From Isurus oxyrinchus (Eukaryota), in contig JANJGN010000071.1 in the NCBI GenBank assembly GCA_026770705.1, positions 2,046,001 to 2,110,000 of the forward strand: DNA of 64,000 nucleotides, read 5' to 3'. Positions 50,078-60,939 of this stretch are shown here, in pieces (the first letter of the stretch is position 1; the number at the start of each line of letters is the position of its first letter). The notes under the pieces are model-generated. The model had not been told where the DNA came from, ran no database searches, and saw nothing but the letters and a program-made list of their open reading frames with translations. A program made the position numbers and the translations under genes.

Positions 50078-51245
50078 ATGGGAGAGGTCGGTCTGATATT
50101 GATCTTCATCAGCTTGCTGCAAGGTACAAATTCATTACTGATCGGAACTCAGGGAATTGGATTCTTTCCTGGAGTGAGGAAGTGAACATTTAATTTTAGA
50201 GAACAGGGTTAGTGATCACACAGAGAGTGAGTGAATAGCGAGTCAGAGAATGTAGCAAAAGAAAAAGCCTCATACGGACTCGAAACACCAACTCTGTTTC
50301 TCTCTCCACAGATGCTGTCAGACCTGCTGAGTTTTTCCAGCATTTTCTGTTTGTGCATCAGAGAGCTTGTTTCAATAGGAATGACAGTGCATTTATATAG
50401 CACCTTTAATGCAGTAAAACATCCTTATTGCTTCACAGGATTCCCCCACAAGGGGTAACATCCCCTCAGCATCCACCCTGTCAAACCCCCCACCACCTCA
50501 GAATCTTATATGTTTCAATAAGATCACCTCTCATTCTTCTAAACTCCAATGGATACAGGGCCCAACCTGCTCAACATTTCCTCATAAGACAAACCCCCTT
50601 CATCCCAGGAATCAGCCCAGTGATCCTCCTCTGAGCTGCCTCCAATGCAGAGTCTATCCCTCCCTAAGTAAGGAGACCAGAACTGTACACACTGCTCCTG
50701 ATACAATCTCACCAACGCCCTGTACAGTTGTAGCAAGACTTCCCTCCTTTTATACTCCATCCCTTTGCAATAAAGGCCAACATTCCACTTGCCTTCCTCA
50801 TTCCGTGCTGTTCCTGAATGCTGACTTTCTGTGATTCATGCACAAGGACACCCAGATCCCTCTGTACCGCATTCTGCTGACTCTCTCCATTGAAGTAATA
50901 TTCTGCTTTTTGATGTCCTGTCTCTTCCCTTGATGCCTTTCAGGAGTGACGTCAGAGGGATGGTCTATGAAGGCGCTGCCTCGGAGGGCCATCAGCAGCT
51001 CTTGTGTGGTTATTCCGTGTAGCTTTGACTTTCCTTCCCACTCTTACACAGCACTGCACGGAGCTTGGTATAAATATTGGTATAGATGGAAATATACCAC
51101 CACATACACCAAAGATCCCAATTATGGGGTGGCCACATTCGTGGGACGTGCTAAAATAATCGGCGACTTGGAAGGGAAGAATTGTTCGGTGAGGATTGAC
51201 AGTCTCAGAGCTGAAGACAGTGACGTGTATTGCACCCAATTCTAA
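50078..51245 (+). pseudogene. Siglec-like gene C (Siglec-1/CD22-type V domain), truncated
   Basis: Signal exon 50078-50123 (MGEVGLILIFISLLQ, phase 1). V exon from 50944: GVTSEGWSMK...SCVVIPCSFDFP...GDLEGKNCSVRIDSLRAEDSDVY, then Gypsy sequence and TAA at 51243-51245. Confidence 0.8.
50450..50890 (-). mobile_element. CR1-like LINE fragment
   Basis: ORF 50539..50760 MEYKRREVLLQLYRALVRLYQEQCVQFWSPYL. Confidence 0.8.
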
Positions 51246-51632
51246 ATCTTTTCACCAATTAGTCGTCCTCATGAAGATGTGTTTTCAGCTGAAGCCGTGG
51301 GTAATAATGCAGAGGTTTAAGTTTAACTCCAGAGTAAGGGCCCAGGGAGAGTCCATCGCAACCTATACACTGAAGTGGAAGCAGGTGACTGAGCACTGGG
51401 ACCTCGGAGACACACTCAATGACATGTTGCGGGGCCGATTGGTTTGTGTCGTTCACCCCAACGCCATTCAGAGCCGTTTACTCGCAGAAGCCGACATCGA
51501 TTTGAAGCGCACCATGGAAATAGCGCCAGGCATGGAAAGTGCTGGGAGAGACTGGCGGGATTTACAGGATGTACAACATGGCACCAGTCCTCAGCTGGGA
51601 CAGGAACCAACCACCGGGCGTGAGGCTCAAAC

Positions 51633-51665
<33 letters not shown>

Positions 51666-52400
51666 CCGCCAAGCGAGAGACAGTCTCTGCCGCTCCAGAA
51701 ACTAAAAGGCTTCGTGGGAGTATTTCAGCAGCAACTCCGAAGTTGGTCTGTTCTCGATGTGGGGGGCATTGAGCACGTACTGGACACCTGCAGGTTCAAG
51801 GGAGCAGAATGCCATCACTGCCACAAGAAAGGGGTGGGTAATAAAGCAATGCAGGGTGAAATCGAGACAGCCCATCAGGCAGTGCACCAACATGATGGAA
51901 GTGAATAATATCACAGAGCCTGAAGCTGCTGATACCGATGTCTATTCCCTGTCCAATGTCACAGTGGTAAAAACTGAACCTATAACCATCACAACCCAAG
52001 TGAATGGGCAGCCACTAGTAATGGGGCAGATACGGGAGCCTCAGACACAGTGGTGGAAGAGCCCACATTTAAACAGCTAAATGAAGGAACCCAGACGCTG
52101 AATTTAGAGCCAACAATGGATCAGCTGAAGACACACACTGGAGAATCCATACAGGGAAAGGACCTCATCCCAGTACCTGTGTCCTACAGGCAGCAGACAG
52201 CCCAGCTTCCAGTGATCATAGCGACAGGTGAGGGCCCTAGTCTTCTGGGCCGAGACTGGTTCCAGAAAACCAAGCTCAGCTGCTCTGAAATGTTTCACTG
52301 GAGGAGTTGCTGAGTTGCTGGGGGAATATGAGAGTGTATCTCGGAATGAGTTTGAAGAATTGAAGCATCCTCACAGGCTGCAAGTGTCCCTCAGGTCAGA
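51230..52400 (+). mobile_element. Gypsy LTR-retrotransposon gag-protease remnant
   Basis: VIMQRFKFNSRVRAQGESIATY...LNDMLRGRLVC...IQSRLLAE; zinc-knuckle remnants CSRCGG and CHHCHKKG; protease end GEGPSLLGRDW. Confidence 0.85.
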
Positions 52401-55319
52401 GTTGGTTCCACTGGAAAATCCTGAAGAGAAAGAAAGCGAATTCTGTGCCGCTCTGAGCAAACTGAAGAAACAGTTGGCAGGGAAGACCCAACCATGTCCA
52501 ATGTTCCAGGAGGAAGGCAAGAGATACAAGGAAGAGACTGAAGAGCTGAAGATTCAGCTGAATGAAACCAAAGAGGCAGTTACAGTATCACAACAATTTT
52601 ACAGTGCAGAAGGAGGCCATTCAGCCCCTCGAGCCTGTTACACAGGAACAGGAGGAGGCCCATTCAGCCCCATTGAGCCTGTTACACAGAAAAAGGACGA
52701 GGCCCATTCAGCCACTGATGCCCGTTACACAGGAACAGGAGGAGGCCATTCAGCCCCTTGTAGGGTGTGGTGGTGTGTGTCAGCTTCACCTGCGACTTCT
52801 GAGCCGTCTGAATCACTCCCACTCCCTGGGTTCTAGACCTTGGACTTATTCGGGGCTTGTCACAAAGTGCAGCAGACAACTGGTTTTGGTGCAAGACAAA
52901 AACTGAGTTTATTGAAGTCACAAATGAACTTCTAACATTAGGATGACACTGAGATTATACAGACTTACAAAGTACACTGAGTTAAGAATGGGGAACACAC
53001 GGCATAACGAGGGAGAATCACGCTACTAATGCCCTTACCCTTGTCCCACCCCCCATCCCTAACTAAATTGCACTAGGAGAGGTCAGGGGTCACGCTCACC
53101 AACCCAGGGTTCCTCGACAGTTGGAAATCCAGCCAGGTAAGCCGGTTGCAGTTTTGGGGGACGCTCTTTGTGTCCTCTGGGGCCTGTCATCCCCACGTGG
53201 TCCTGGTCTGTGGAATCTGTGAAGGGTCTTCAGTTGGGTGGAGGGCGCGGTTGTGGGTGGTCGATCTTCATGGAGGGCAGCGGTTGTGGCCTTGTTGTCT
53301 TCGGTTGAGCCTGCCACCCCGTGCCCCTCACCGTGATGTTGCCTGTGGGCCTGCAAACCTCCAGATCTCCTTGCTTAAACTCTGTTTCAACCGCTCCCAA
53401 CTGCTCACTGCCCTGTGTCAGCTTTCAACACTGCAACCCTTCTGCTGGCTGGTTTCTCTCCCAACTGACTGCCCAGTTATACTGCCTTTCGAGTTTCTTA
53501 TCGCAATCCAAATCAAGGTTCGTTCTTTGTTTGTCTTTGGTGGGCTTCCCCAGGTGATTGATGTCTCGTTGTTGTTAATGGGCTCGCATGATGTTTATCA
53601 TTGTCTTCCTGCCCAGTAACTCGTTTTGAACTGAAAGCCATTGTATGTGTGGAGTATTGATGGGTTCGCATAATTAAATTGCCGGCCTCAGAAGTTAGGA
53701 GCGATTATTGATGCAAGATTTAGATGGGCTTCAGTTGCGTGTGAAGTGAAGTCTTTCTCTGGGTTGATTGTATTAAAGGGAAGAATGCGTATTCTGTCTC
53801 CTCTCGTTGTCTGGTTTCAGGCCAAACATTCCACACTGCTCTCAATAAGCCCGGACATGTGCAGCCCCAGGCCTTCATGGGCCCAGCCTCCTGTCTGCAG
53901 GGTTTTCCACTTAACTCAGCAGTTTAAAGGGGCAAAAGTGATATCCTTGTTGATGATATGGAAAATGTGGGAATTTTGAGAACCCTTCAAGAGATAGGGA
54001 GGGTTACAGGGGCTGGAGGAGGTTACAGGTATAGGGAGGGGTGTAGGGGTTGAAGGTGGTTACAGAGATGGGGAGGGTTGTGGGGGTTGGAGGTGGTTAC
54101 AGATATAGGGAGGGGTGTAGGGGTTGAAGGTGGTTACAGAGATGGGGAGGATTGTAGAGGCAGGTGGAGGCTGCCTTAGGGAGGGTTGTAGGGGCTGGAG
54201 GAAAGGGACAGAGAGAGGAGGTTACAGATATAGGGAGGGAGACAGTCAGAGAGAGAGCCTCCAGGAGATAGAGAGCGATAGAGAGATTGAGAGACAGACA
54301 GAGACTGAGAGAGGGAGAAGAGAGAAGGAGAGTGAGAGAGAGAGAGAACAAGTGTGAAAGATGGTGGAAGGGAAGAGTGGGGAGGTGTTGGCCTGATGGT
54401 ATTTTCACTGGACCAGTAATCCAGAGACCCAGTGTAATGCTCCTGGGACCCTGGTTAGAATCTCACCACAGCAGTTGGTGGAATTTGAACTCAATAAAAA
54501 CCTGGAATTAAAAGTCCGATGATGACCAGGAAACCATTGCTGATTCTTGTATTTGGGTCACAAATGCCCTTTAGGGAGGGAAATCTGCTGTCCTTACCTG
54601 GTCTGGCCTACATGTGACTCCAGACCCACAGCAATGTGGTTCACTTTTAAAAAGTGGCCTCTGAACAAGGGCAATTAGGGTTGGGCAATAAATGCTGGCC
54701 TGGGCAGTGATGTCCACATCACATGAAAGAATGAAATAAAAGGACAGAGAGGGACAGACAGAGTCGAGAGACACCCAGAATGAAAAAAACACAGTAAACA
54801 CTGGAAAATAAACATTCTGGTCTGATCTGGTCTTGTATACCTTCAAATGGAACACCAGTAAAACAGGGAAATAAGAGTACTGGGCCAAACTGTTAGAGAG
54901 GGGGACATTTAGAGAGAGAGAGAGAGAGAGAAAGAGGGAGACACTGAAAGAGATAAGGACAAGGAAAGAAAGAGTGAGAGAGAGAGACAGACAGAGACAC
55001 ACAAAGAAGTAGAAAGAAAGTGATAGAGATGAAGCAGGAGAGAATGAGGAGAAAGATAGATAGATAGAGAGAGAGGATGGTAGAGAAAGAGAACGAGAGG
55101 AAAAGAGACAAAGGCAGAATGTGATGGAACACTGAATCCTTGTCTATGCGTTTTGAAATCCAGCCCAGAACTATCATTGGAAGATTCAGCGAGTGTCCAG
55201 TACAGGGGACCCAGCCCAACCTTCTCATCCTGACCTTCCCAGTGGGGCTGAAGAGGGCAGAGAGGAAACCTTCCTCTGTTATTCTGTTGTCGAATAAACA
55301 CAACAATTCTGGAACTCTG

Positions 55320-55930
55320 CCCTTTCTATCTCACGGATTAGAATATAAGGGGGCAGAGGTCATGCTTCAGTCTACATAAAGCCCTGGCTAGACCACACCT
55401 GGAGTCACTGTGAGACATTCTGGGCCCCACACCTTAGGAAGGATATATTGACCTCGGAGGGAGAGCAGTGTCAGTTTACCAGAATGAGACCTGGACTCCA
55501 AGGGTTAAATCACAAGGAGAGATTAAACACAAACTCGGCTTGTATTCCCTGGAAGTTAGAATGTTAAGCAGGAGATTTGATGAAAGTTTGCATGATATTA
55601 AGGAGAACAGATCGGGGGCGATAAAGAGAAACCATTTCCCCTGGTTGGGGGGAGTCTGGGACTCGGGGTCAGAGCCTAAAAAGGAGAGGCTGACCTTTCA
55701 GGAGTGAAATTAGGAAGCACAAAGTGTGGGAGAAATTTGGAACGGTCTTCCCCAAACTGAAACTGATGCACGATCAAGTTGTTCATTTTAAACCTGTGAG
55801 ACTGATAGATTTTTGTTATCCAAAGGTATTAAAGGAGATGGGACAAAGCCATATGGGGCTAGTTTGCAGATCAGCCATGATCTCATTGAATGGTGGAGCA
55901 GGCTCGAGGGGCCAAATGGCCTCCTCCTAC
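55320..55930 (+). mobile_element. CR1-like LINE 3' fragment
   Basis: GLEYKGAEVMLQ...LGLYSLEVRML and a CR1-type 3' tail. Confidence 0.7.
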
Positions 55931-56309
55931 CCTCATGTAATAGAAACTTACCTGTCAGAAGCCAGTTTATGTTGATGTGAGTCTGAGTCGATGACTGAAC
56001 CCAGTTGGTGACTTGTTCCATACAAAGCAAGAACGTTCATGCCCTTCAATGTTCCTGGATAAACCATGAACAAAGCTGGTGACAGACAGTCTCCACATGG
56101 TAAACACTGACCGATCAACACATGACATGGCTGTTAACCCTTAAACCTCAGCGTAAATCAGTTCCCCCTCGAGGCCCCTTGTCCAAAATAAAAGCAACGC
56201 ACACAATTTGTAAAATAGTAAGTGTAGCAATGAGAGGAGTAAGGGGTTAGGGGGCGTGCGCTTCACCTGATTTGCCGACATAAGAACCAGCCCCTCTGTT
56301 TTTGCTATG

Positions 56310-56530
56310 TTGTGTTGCGTCAATATGAACACATATTTGCACAAGGTGAAGGGCGTTGCGGAGGGACTGATAGTTCTCGGCGCCAGACAGTCAATGTCCC
56401 AGTGACCTTACTGCTGGTCCCAGGCCAGTGGGACAGGGAACATCGACACTGCAATATCCAGAAATGGGTGTGATACCACACAGCTACCCACCCGCGGCTG
56501 TCCCCTTCAAGTGTTTCAGGTATAAGAGCA
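56310..56530 (+). promoter_or_regulatory. Hepcidin-like gene promoter: TATA box, BMP/SMAD-like and C/EBP-like sites
   Basis: TATAAGA at 56521; GGCGCC at 56379-56384 directly followed by AGAC; TTGCACAA at ~56337; TTGCGTCA at ~56315. Confidence 0.6.
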
Positions 56531-56597
56531 GGAAGCTCCTCTAGTTACAAACCAAAGCATCAAAGCAGAGCCAGAAGATCAGAAGAGACAGGCAGAG

Positions 56598-56690
56598 ATG
56601 GGAAGCTCCCAGATGAAATGGCGACTTGTCTTGTTCACTCTGACTTTGCTGCTCTCCCTGCAGCTGAGTCACTTCTTCTCCTTGTCGAGG
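56598..56690 (+). CDS. hamp: Hepcidin-like exon 1, signal peptide (MGSSQMKWRLVLFTLTLLLSLQLSHFFSLSR)
   Basis: 31 codons, hydrophobic core, phase-0 donor AGG|GTAAGC, 77 nt downstream of the TATA box. Confidence 0.8.
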
Positions 56691-56892
56691 GTAAGCTAAG
56701 AGATGTCCCTCTGGGTGAGGTGTTTCTTGCACATGACTCTACATCTACCACCCAGATAGACTGGTCACTTCCGCAGTTTGATATTATTATGTTCGTGCCT
56801 TTAATATTGTCGCCCTCTATGAATTTAACATCATTTCCTTCTGTCATTTCCCCTGAAATTCTCATTCTTGTTTTCAATCCCTCCTCAGCGAC

Positions 56893-57710
56893 TCCCTATC
56901 TCTGTAACCTCCTCCAGCCCCTACAACCCTCCCTATCTCTGTAAACTCCTCCAGCCCCTACAACCCTCCCTATCTCTGTAACCTCCTCCAGCCGCTACAA
57001 CCCTCCCTATATCTGTAACCTCCTCCAGCCCCTACACCCCTCCCTATCTCTGTAACCTCCTCCAGCCCCTACAACTGTCCCTATCTCTGTTACCTCCTCC
57101 AGCCCCTACAACACTCCCTATCTCCGTAACCTCCTCCAGCCCCTACAACCCTCCCTATCTCTGTAACCTCCTCCAGCCCCTATAAACCTCCCTATCTCTG
57201 TAACCTCCCCCAGGCCCCACAACCCTCATGATCACTGTAACCTCCTCTAGACCCTACAACCCTCCCTATCTCTGTAACCTCCTCCAGACCCTACAACCCT
57301 CCCTATCTCTGTAACCTCCTCCAGGCCCCACGACCCTCAGAATCACTGTAACCTCCTCCAGCCCCTACAATGCTCATGAACTCTATAACGTCCTCTCCAC
57401 ACTATAACTCTCCCTATCTCTGTAACCTACTGTGGCCCCTACAGCAGTATCTATTTTGGTAACCTCCTCCAGCCTCTACAACCCTCCTTACCTCTGTAAC
57501 CTCCTCCAGCCCCCACAACCCGCCCCATCTCTTTAACCTCCTACAGCCCCTACTCACCTCCCTATCTCTGTAACCTCCTACAGCCCCTACAACCTTCCCT
57601 ATCTCTGTCACCTCCTACAGCCTCTAGAACCCTCCATATCTCTGTTACCTCCTACAGCCTCTACAACCCTCCCTATCTCTGTAACCTCCTCCAGCCGGAA
57701 CAACCCTACC
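56893..57710. repeat. 37-bp minisatellite, about 22 copies, in hepcidin-like intron 1
   Basis: CCTATCTCTGTAACCTCCTCCAGCCCCTACAACCCTC unit. Confidence 0.9.
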
Positions 57711-57771
57711 TAAATCTCTGGTCTGAATCTCACTCCAGGGAATTCAGTCCCATAACGTCGGTCAACACTCC

Positions 57772-58430
57772 GTGCTGAGGGAGTGCTGCACTGTCAGAGG
57801 GTCAGTAGTGTGGAAGTGTTGCACTATTGGAGGGACAGTACTGAGTGAGTGCTATACTGTCGGAGGTCAGTACTGAGGGAGTGCTGCTGTGTCGGAGGGT
57901 CAGTACTGAGGGAGCGCTGCACTGACGGAGGGACAATACTGTGGGAGTGCAGCACTATCGAAGGGTTAGTACTGAGGGAGTGCTGCTGTGTCGAAGGGTT
58001 AGTACTGAAATAGAGCTGCACTGACGGAGGGACAGTACTGAGGGAGCGCAGCACTATCGAAGGGTTAATACTAAGGGAGTGCTGCAGTGTCAAAGGGTTA
58101 GTACTGAGGGAGCACAACAATGTTGAATGAGACATTAAACCGAGTCCCCCGTCTGCCCTCTCGGGCGGGTGTGAAAGATCCCACAGCCACTATTTGGAGG
58201 AAGAGCAGGGGGTGTTCTCCCCGGTGTCCTGGGACCAATATTTATCCCTCACCCAACATCACCAAAAACAGATGATCTAGGCCATGATCACATTGCTATT
58301 TGTGGGATCTTGCTGTGCACAAATCAGCTGCCACATTTCCTACAGTGTGAGTGCACTTCAAAAACATCCTTCAGTGGCTGTGAAATGCTTTGGGATGTGG
58401 TGAAAGGCGTTAGAGAAATGCAAGTCTGTC
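57772..58430 (+). mobile_element. Deu-domain (SacSINE1/AmnSINE1-type) SINE with tandemly amplified 33-bp segment; similar copies at 60120-60745 (+) and 44600-44895 (-)
   Basis: AGTACTGAGGGAGYGCTGCACTGTCGGAGG array continues into ATGAGACATTAAACCGAG...AAAGATCCCA...GAAGAGCAGGGG, which I recognise from memory as Deu-SINE core sequence. Confidence 0.6.
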
Positions 58431-58526
58431 CTCCTCCCCCTCTCTCTCCTGTACCTCTCTCTCTCTCTCTCCCTCTCCCTCAATCCTCCTCTCACTTTCT
58501 CCCTGATAAATTCTTTCTTTTTGCAG

Positions 58527-58583
58527 GTTGACACTGCTTTAGGTTCTTCGACGATTGAGAAATCTGTGGATTCCCCGGACACG
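58527..58583 (+). CDS. hamp: Hepcidin-like exon 2, acidic pro-region (VDTALGSSTIEKSVDSPDT)
   Basis: Strong acceptor TTCTTTCTTTTTGCAG|, 57 nt, donor ACG|GTAGGT, phase 0-0; size like the 60-nt human HAMP exon 2. Confidence 0.7.
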
Positions 58584-60823
58584 GTAGGTGGAAATTCATT
58601 CCTTATTTTAAGGTTTCTCCCTGCTCGTTTCTTCCACAGAAAGTTTTCTGATTTCAAGCTGATTTCAGTGGCAGTCTGTCTCGGTTATACTCAGGAGGCA
58701 TGTTTGAAATCGAGCCCCCCCCCCCCCCCCGCCCAACTTTTTTTGCAAAGCTGGGAAGAGGCAATTCCAAGGAAGTGAACATATCCCCACAGGAATTTTA
58801 AATGTAACCCACGCCGGGAATAGTGAGAGGGAGACTGATCCAGCCTGGGAGTGGGTTAAAGAGAGGCTGGGAGTCGAGAGTCGGAGAGAGGGATGGAATG
58901 GGGGAGGGAGGGATTGGAAGAGAGAGACACAGAGTGGGACGGGGAGGGGTGAAAGGGAAAGAACATAGGTGGGAGAGAGTGACAGAGGGAGAAATTAAAG
59001 AGATGCAGAGTGAGGGAAAGTGAAAAGGGAAGAGAGATTGTCCAAGAGAGAGAAATTAACAGGGAAGGGAGAGTTACAGAGTGAGCGAAAGTTACAAAAA
59101 TAGTTTGAGAGAGAGGGAGAGATACAGAGTGGGAGAATGAGACAGGGAGAGAGAGGGAGAGAGACAGGAAAAGGGAGAGAGGAGAGAAAGATTGGGAGAG
59201 AGGGCAATTGAGAGGAAGAGTAGGAGAGAGAGAGACAGGGAGAGGAGGAGTGGATGAGAGGAAGAGAGAGAGAGATATGGAGCAGGAGAACACCTCCTCC
59301 GGTCCCGATGTTCCTCCAAAATCTCTGACATTACTGCATCTCCCGGGTCCCCCTGATTCCCATCGCTCCACCATTGGTGGCCGTGCCTTCAGCTGCCTGG
59401 GGCCCTGAGCTCCGGAATACCCTCCCTTAACCTCTCTGCCTCTCTCTCTCTCTCTCCTTTAAGACGCTCCTTAAAAACTGACATCTTTGACAAGCTTTTG
59501 GTCACCTAACCCTAATATCTCCATATGTGACTCAGTGTTAGACTTCTCTCTGATTTACGTTCCGGTAATGTGGGCTGGGACATTTTGCAATGTCAGAGGC
59601 GCTGTGTAAATGCAAGTTGTGAGTGTTATGTGGAAGGGAGACCCCAGGCGGCAGTCAGTGCCAGAGACTGGAGTCATTGTGTGCAGACCATATCTAATCT
59701 CTCCGAATGCACAATCGGTTTGACTGTCAGCCAAAGCACTTTTGATATTTGATCCTTCTAACTGTTTATAACCAGGCCTACATCATACACCGAGAGGCTG
59801 GTTAATCAACAGACACCTTAGAGGATCGAGTGAAAGACAAAGAGGACTTGCATTTCTCTAGCGCCTTCCAACACATCAGGACGTCCCAAAGTGTTTCGCA
59901 GACAATCAAGTGCTTTTTTTCTTTCATGTGAGGTCACTGATGTACTGTGGGAAAAGAATCAGCCATTGGCGCACAGTAAGATCCCACAGACAGCAGCATG
60001 ATAATGACCAGCGCGCTCCCAGTACTTGCACTGCAAATGTCAGTTCAGGATGTGTGCTCGATTCTCTGCAACTCTCAGCTCTGAGTTAAAAGGACCACCA
60101 GGCATAATTGAGAAATTACCGAGCTGTCGGAGGGTCAGTACCGGCGGGGGGGCAGGACAGTCGGAGGGTCAGTACTGAGGGGGTGCTGCATTGTCAGACG
60201 GTCAGTCTTGGAGTGCTGCACTGTCAGAGGGTCAGTACCGGCGGGGGACTGCACAGTCGGAGGGTCAGTACTGAGGGGGTGCTGCATTGTCAGACGGTCA
60301 GTACTGAGGGAGTGCTGCACAGTCGGAGGGTCAGTACTGAGGGGGTGCTGCACTGTTGAAGGCGCTGTCTTTCAGATGAGATGTTAAACTGAGACAACAT
60401 CTGCCCTCTCAGATGGATGTAGAGGATTCCATGGCCACAATTTAAATGAAGTGCGTCAGGAGTTGGGGGGTATGTGTGGAGGGGGTGGTGGGGGGTGGAT
60501 GGGATGCAGTTATGTCTGCTTTCCTGGGGCAAACATTTATCCCTCAACTGACATTGGTAAAAAACTGAAAATCGGGGCCATTATCACATTTCTGTTTGTG
60601 GGATCTTGCTGTGCGTGAATTGCCTGCTGCGTTTCCTACATTACAGCGGTGAGCTCACTTCAGAAAAAGTCCTTCCTTCAGCTGTGGAACACTTTGGGCC
60701 ATCCTGAGGAGGGGAAAGGCGCTATAGAAATGCGCCATCCTCCTTCCAATGACGCGCCTGATTGAAATGATGCCTTCTTTCTTTCCGGAATGTTCTCACC
60801 TATTGTGCTCCTGCTTTTCCAAG

Positions 60824-60939
60824 GCTCCTTGCTGCAGCGCCAGAACAGAATGAGCAGACAGCAGCTCTGCAGATTCTGCTGTCACTGCTGTAATTGGAGA
60901 GGACCAAATGAGACTTGTGGTTTCTGCTGTAGATATTAG
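60824..60939 (+). CDS. hamp: Hepcidin-like exon 3: convertase site and 8-Cys mature peptide (SLLQ-RQNR-MSRQQLCRFCCHCCNWRGPNETCGFCCRY)
   Basis: Diagnostic C-xx-CC-x-CC-xn-C-G-x-CC-xx-stop pattern; TAG at 60937-60939; acceptor either AAG|60824 or CAG|60838. Confidence 0.92.

Noticed and set aside
52228-52836. 202-aa coiled-coil-like ORF
   Set aside because: Continuous with the decayed Gypsy element and includes short tandem GGAGGCCATTCAGCCC repeats; no splice or domain support.
56618-56944. ORF MATCLVHSDF... as the first exon of the downstream gene
   Set aside because: The overlapping frame from ATG 56598 gives a much better signal peptide and the phase-0 junction expected for hepcidin.
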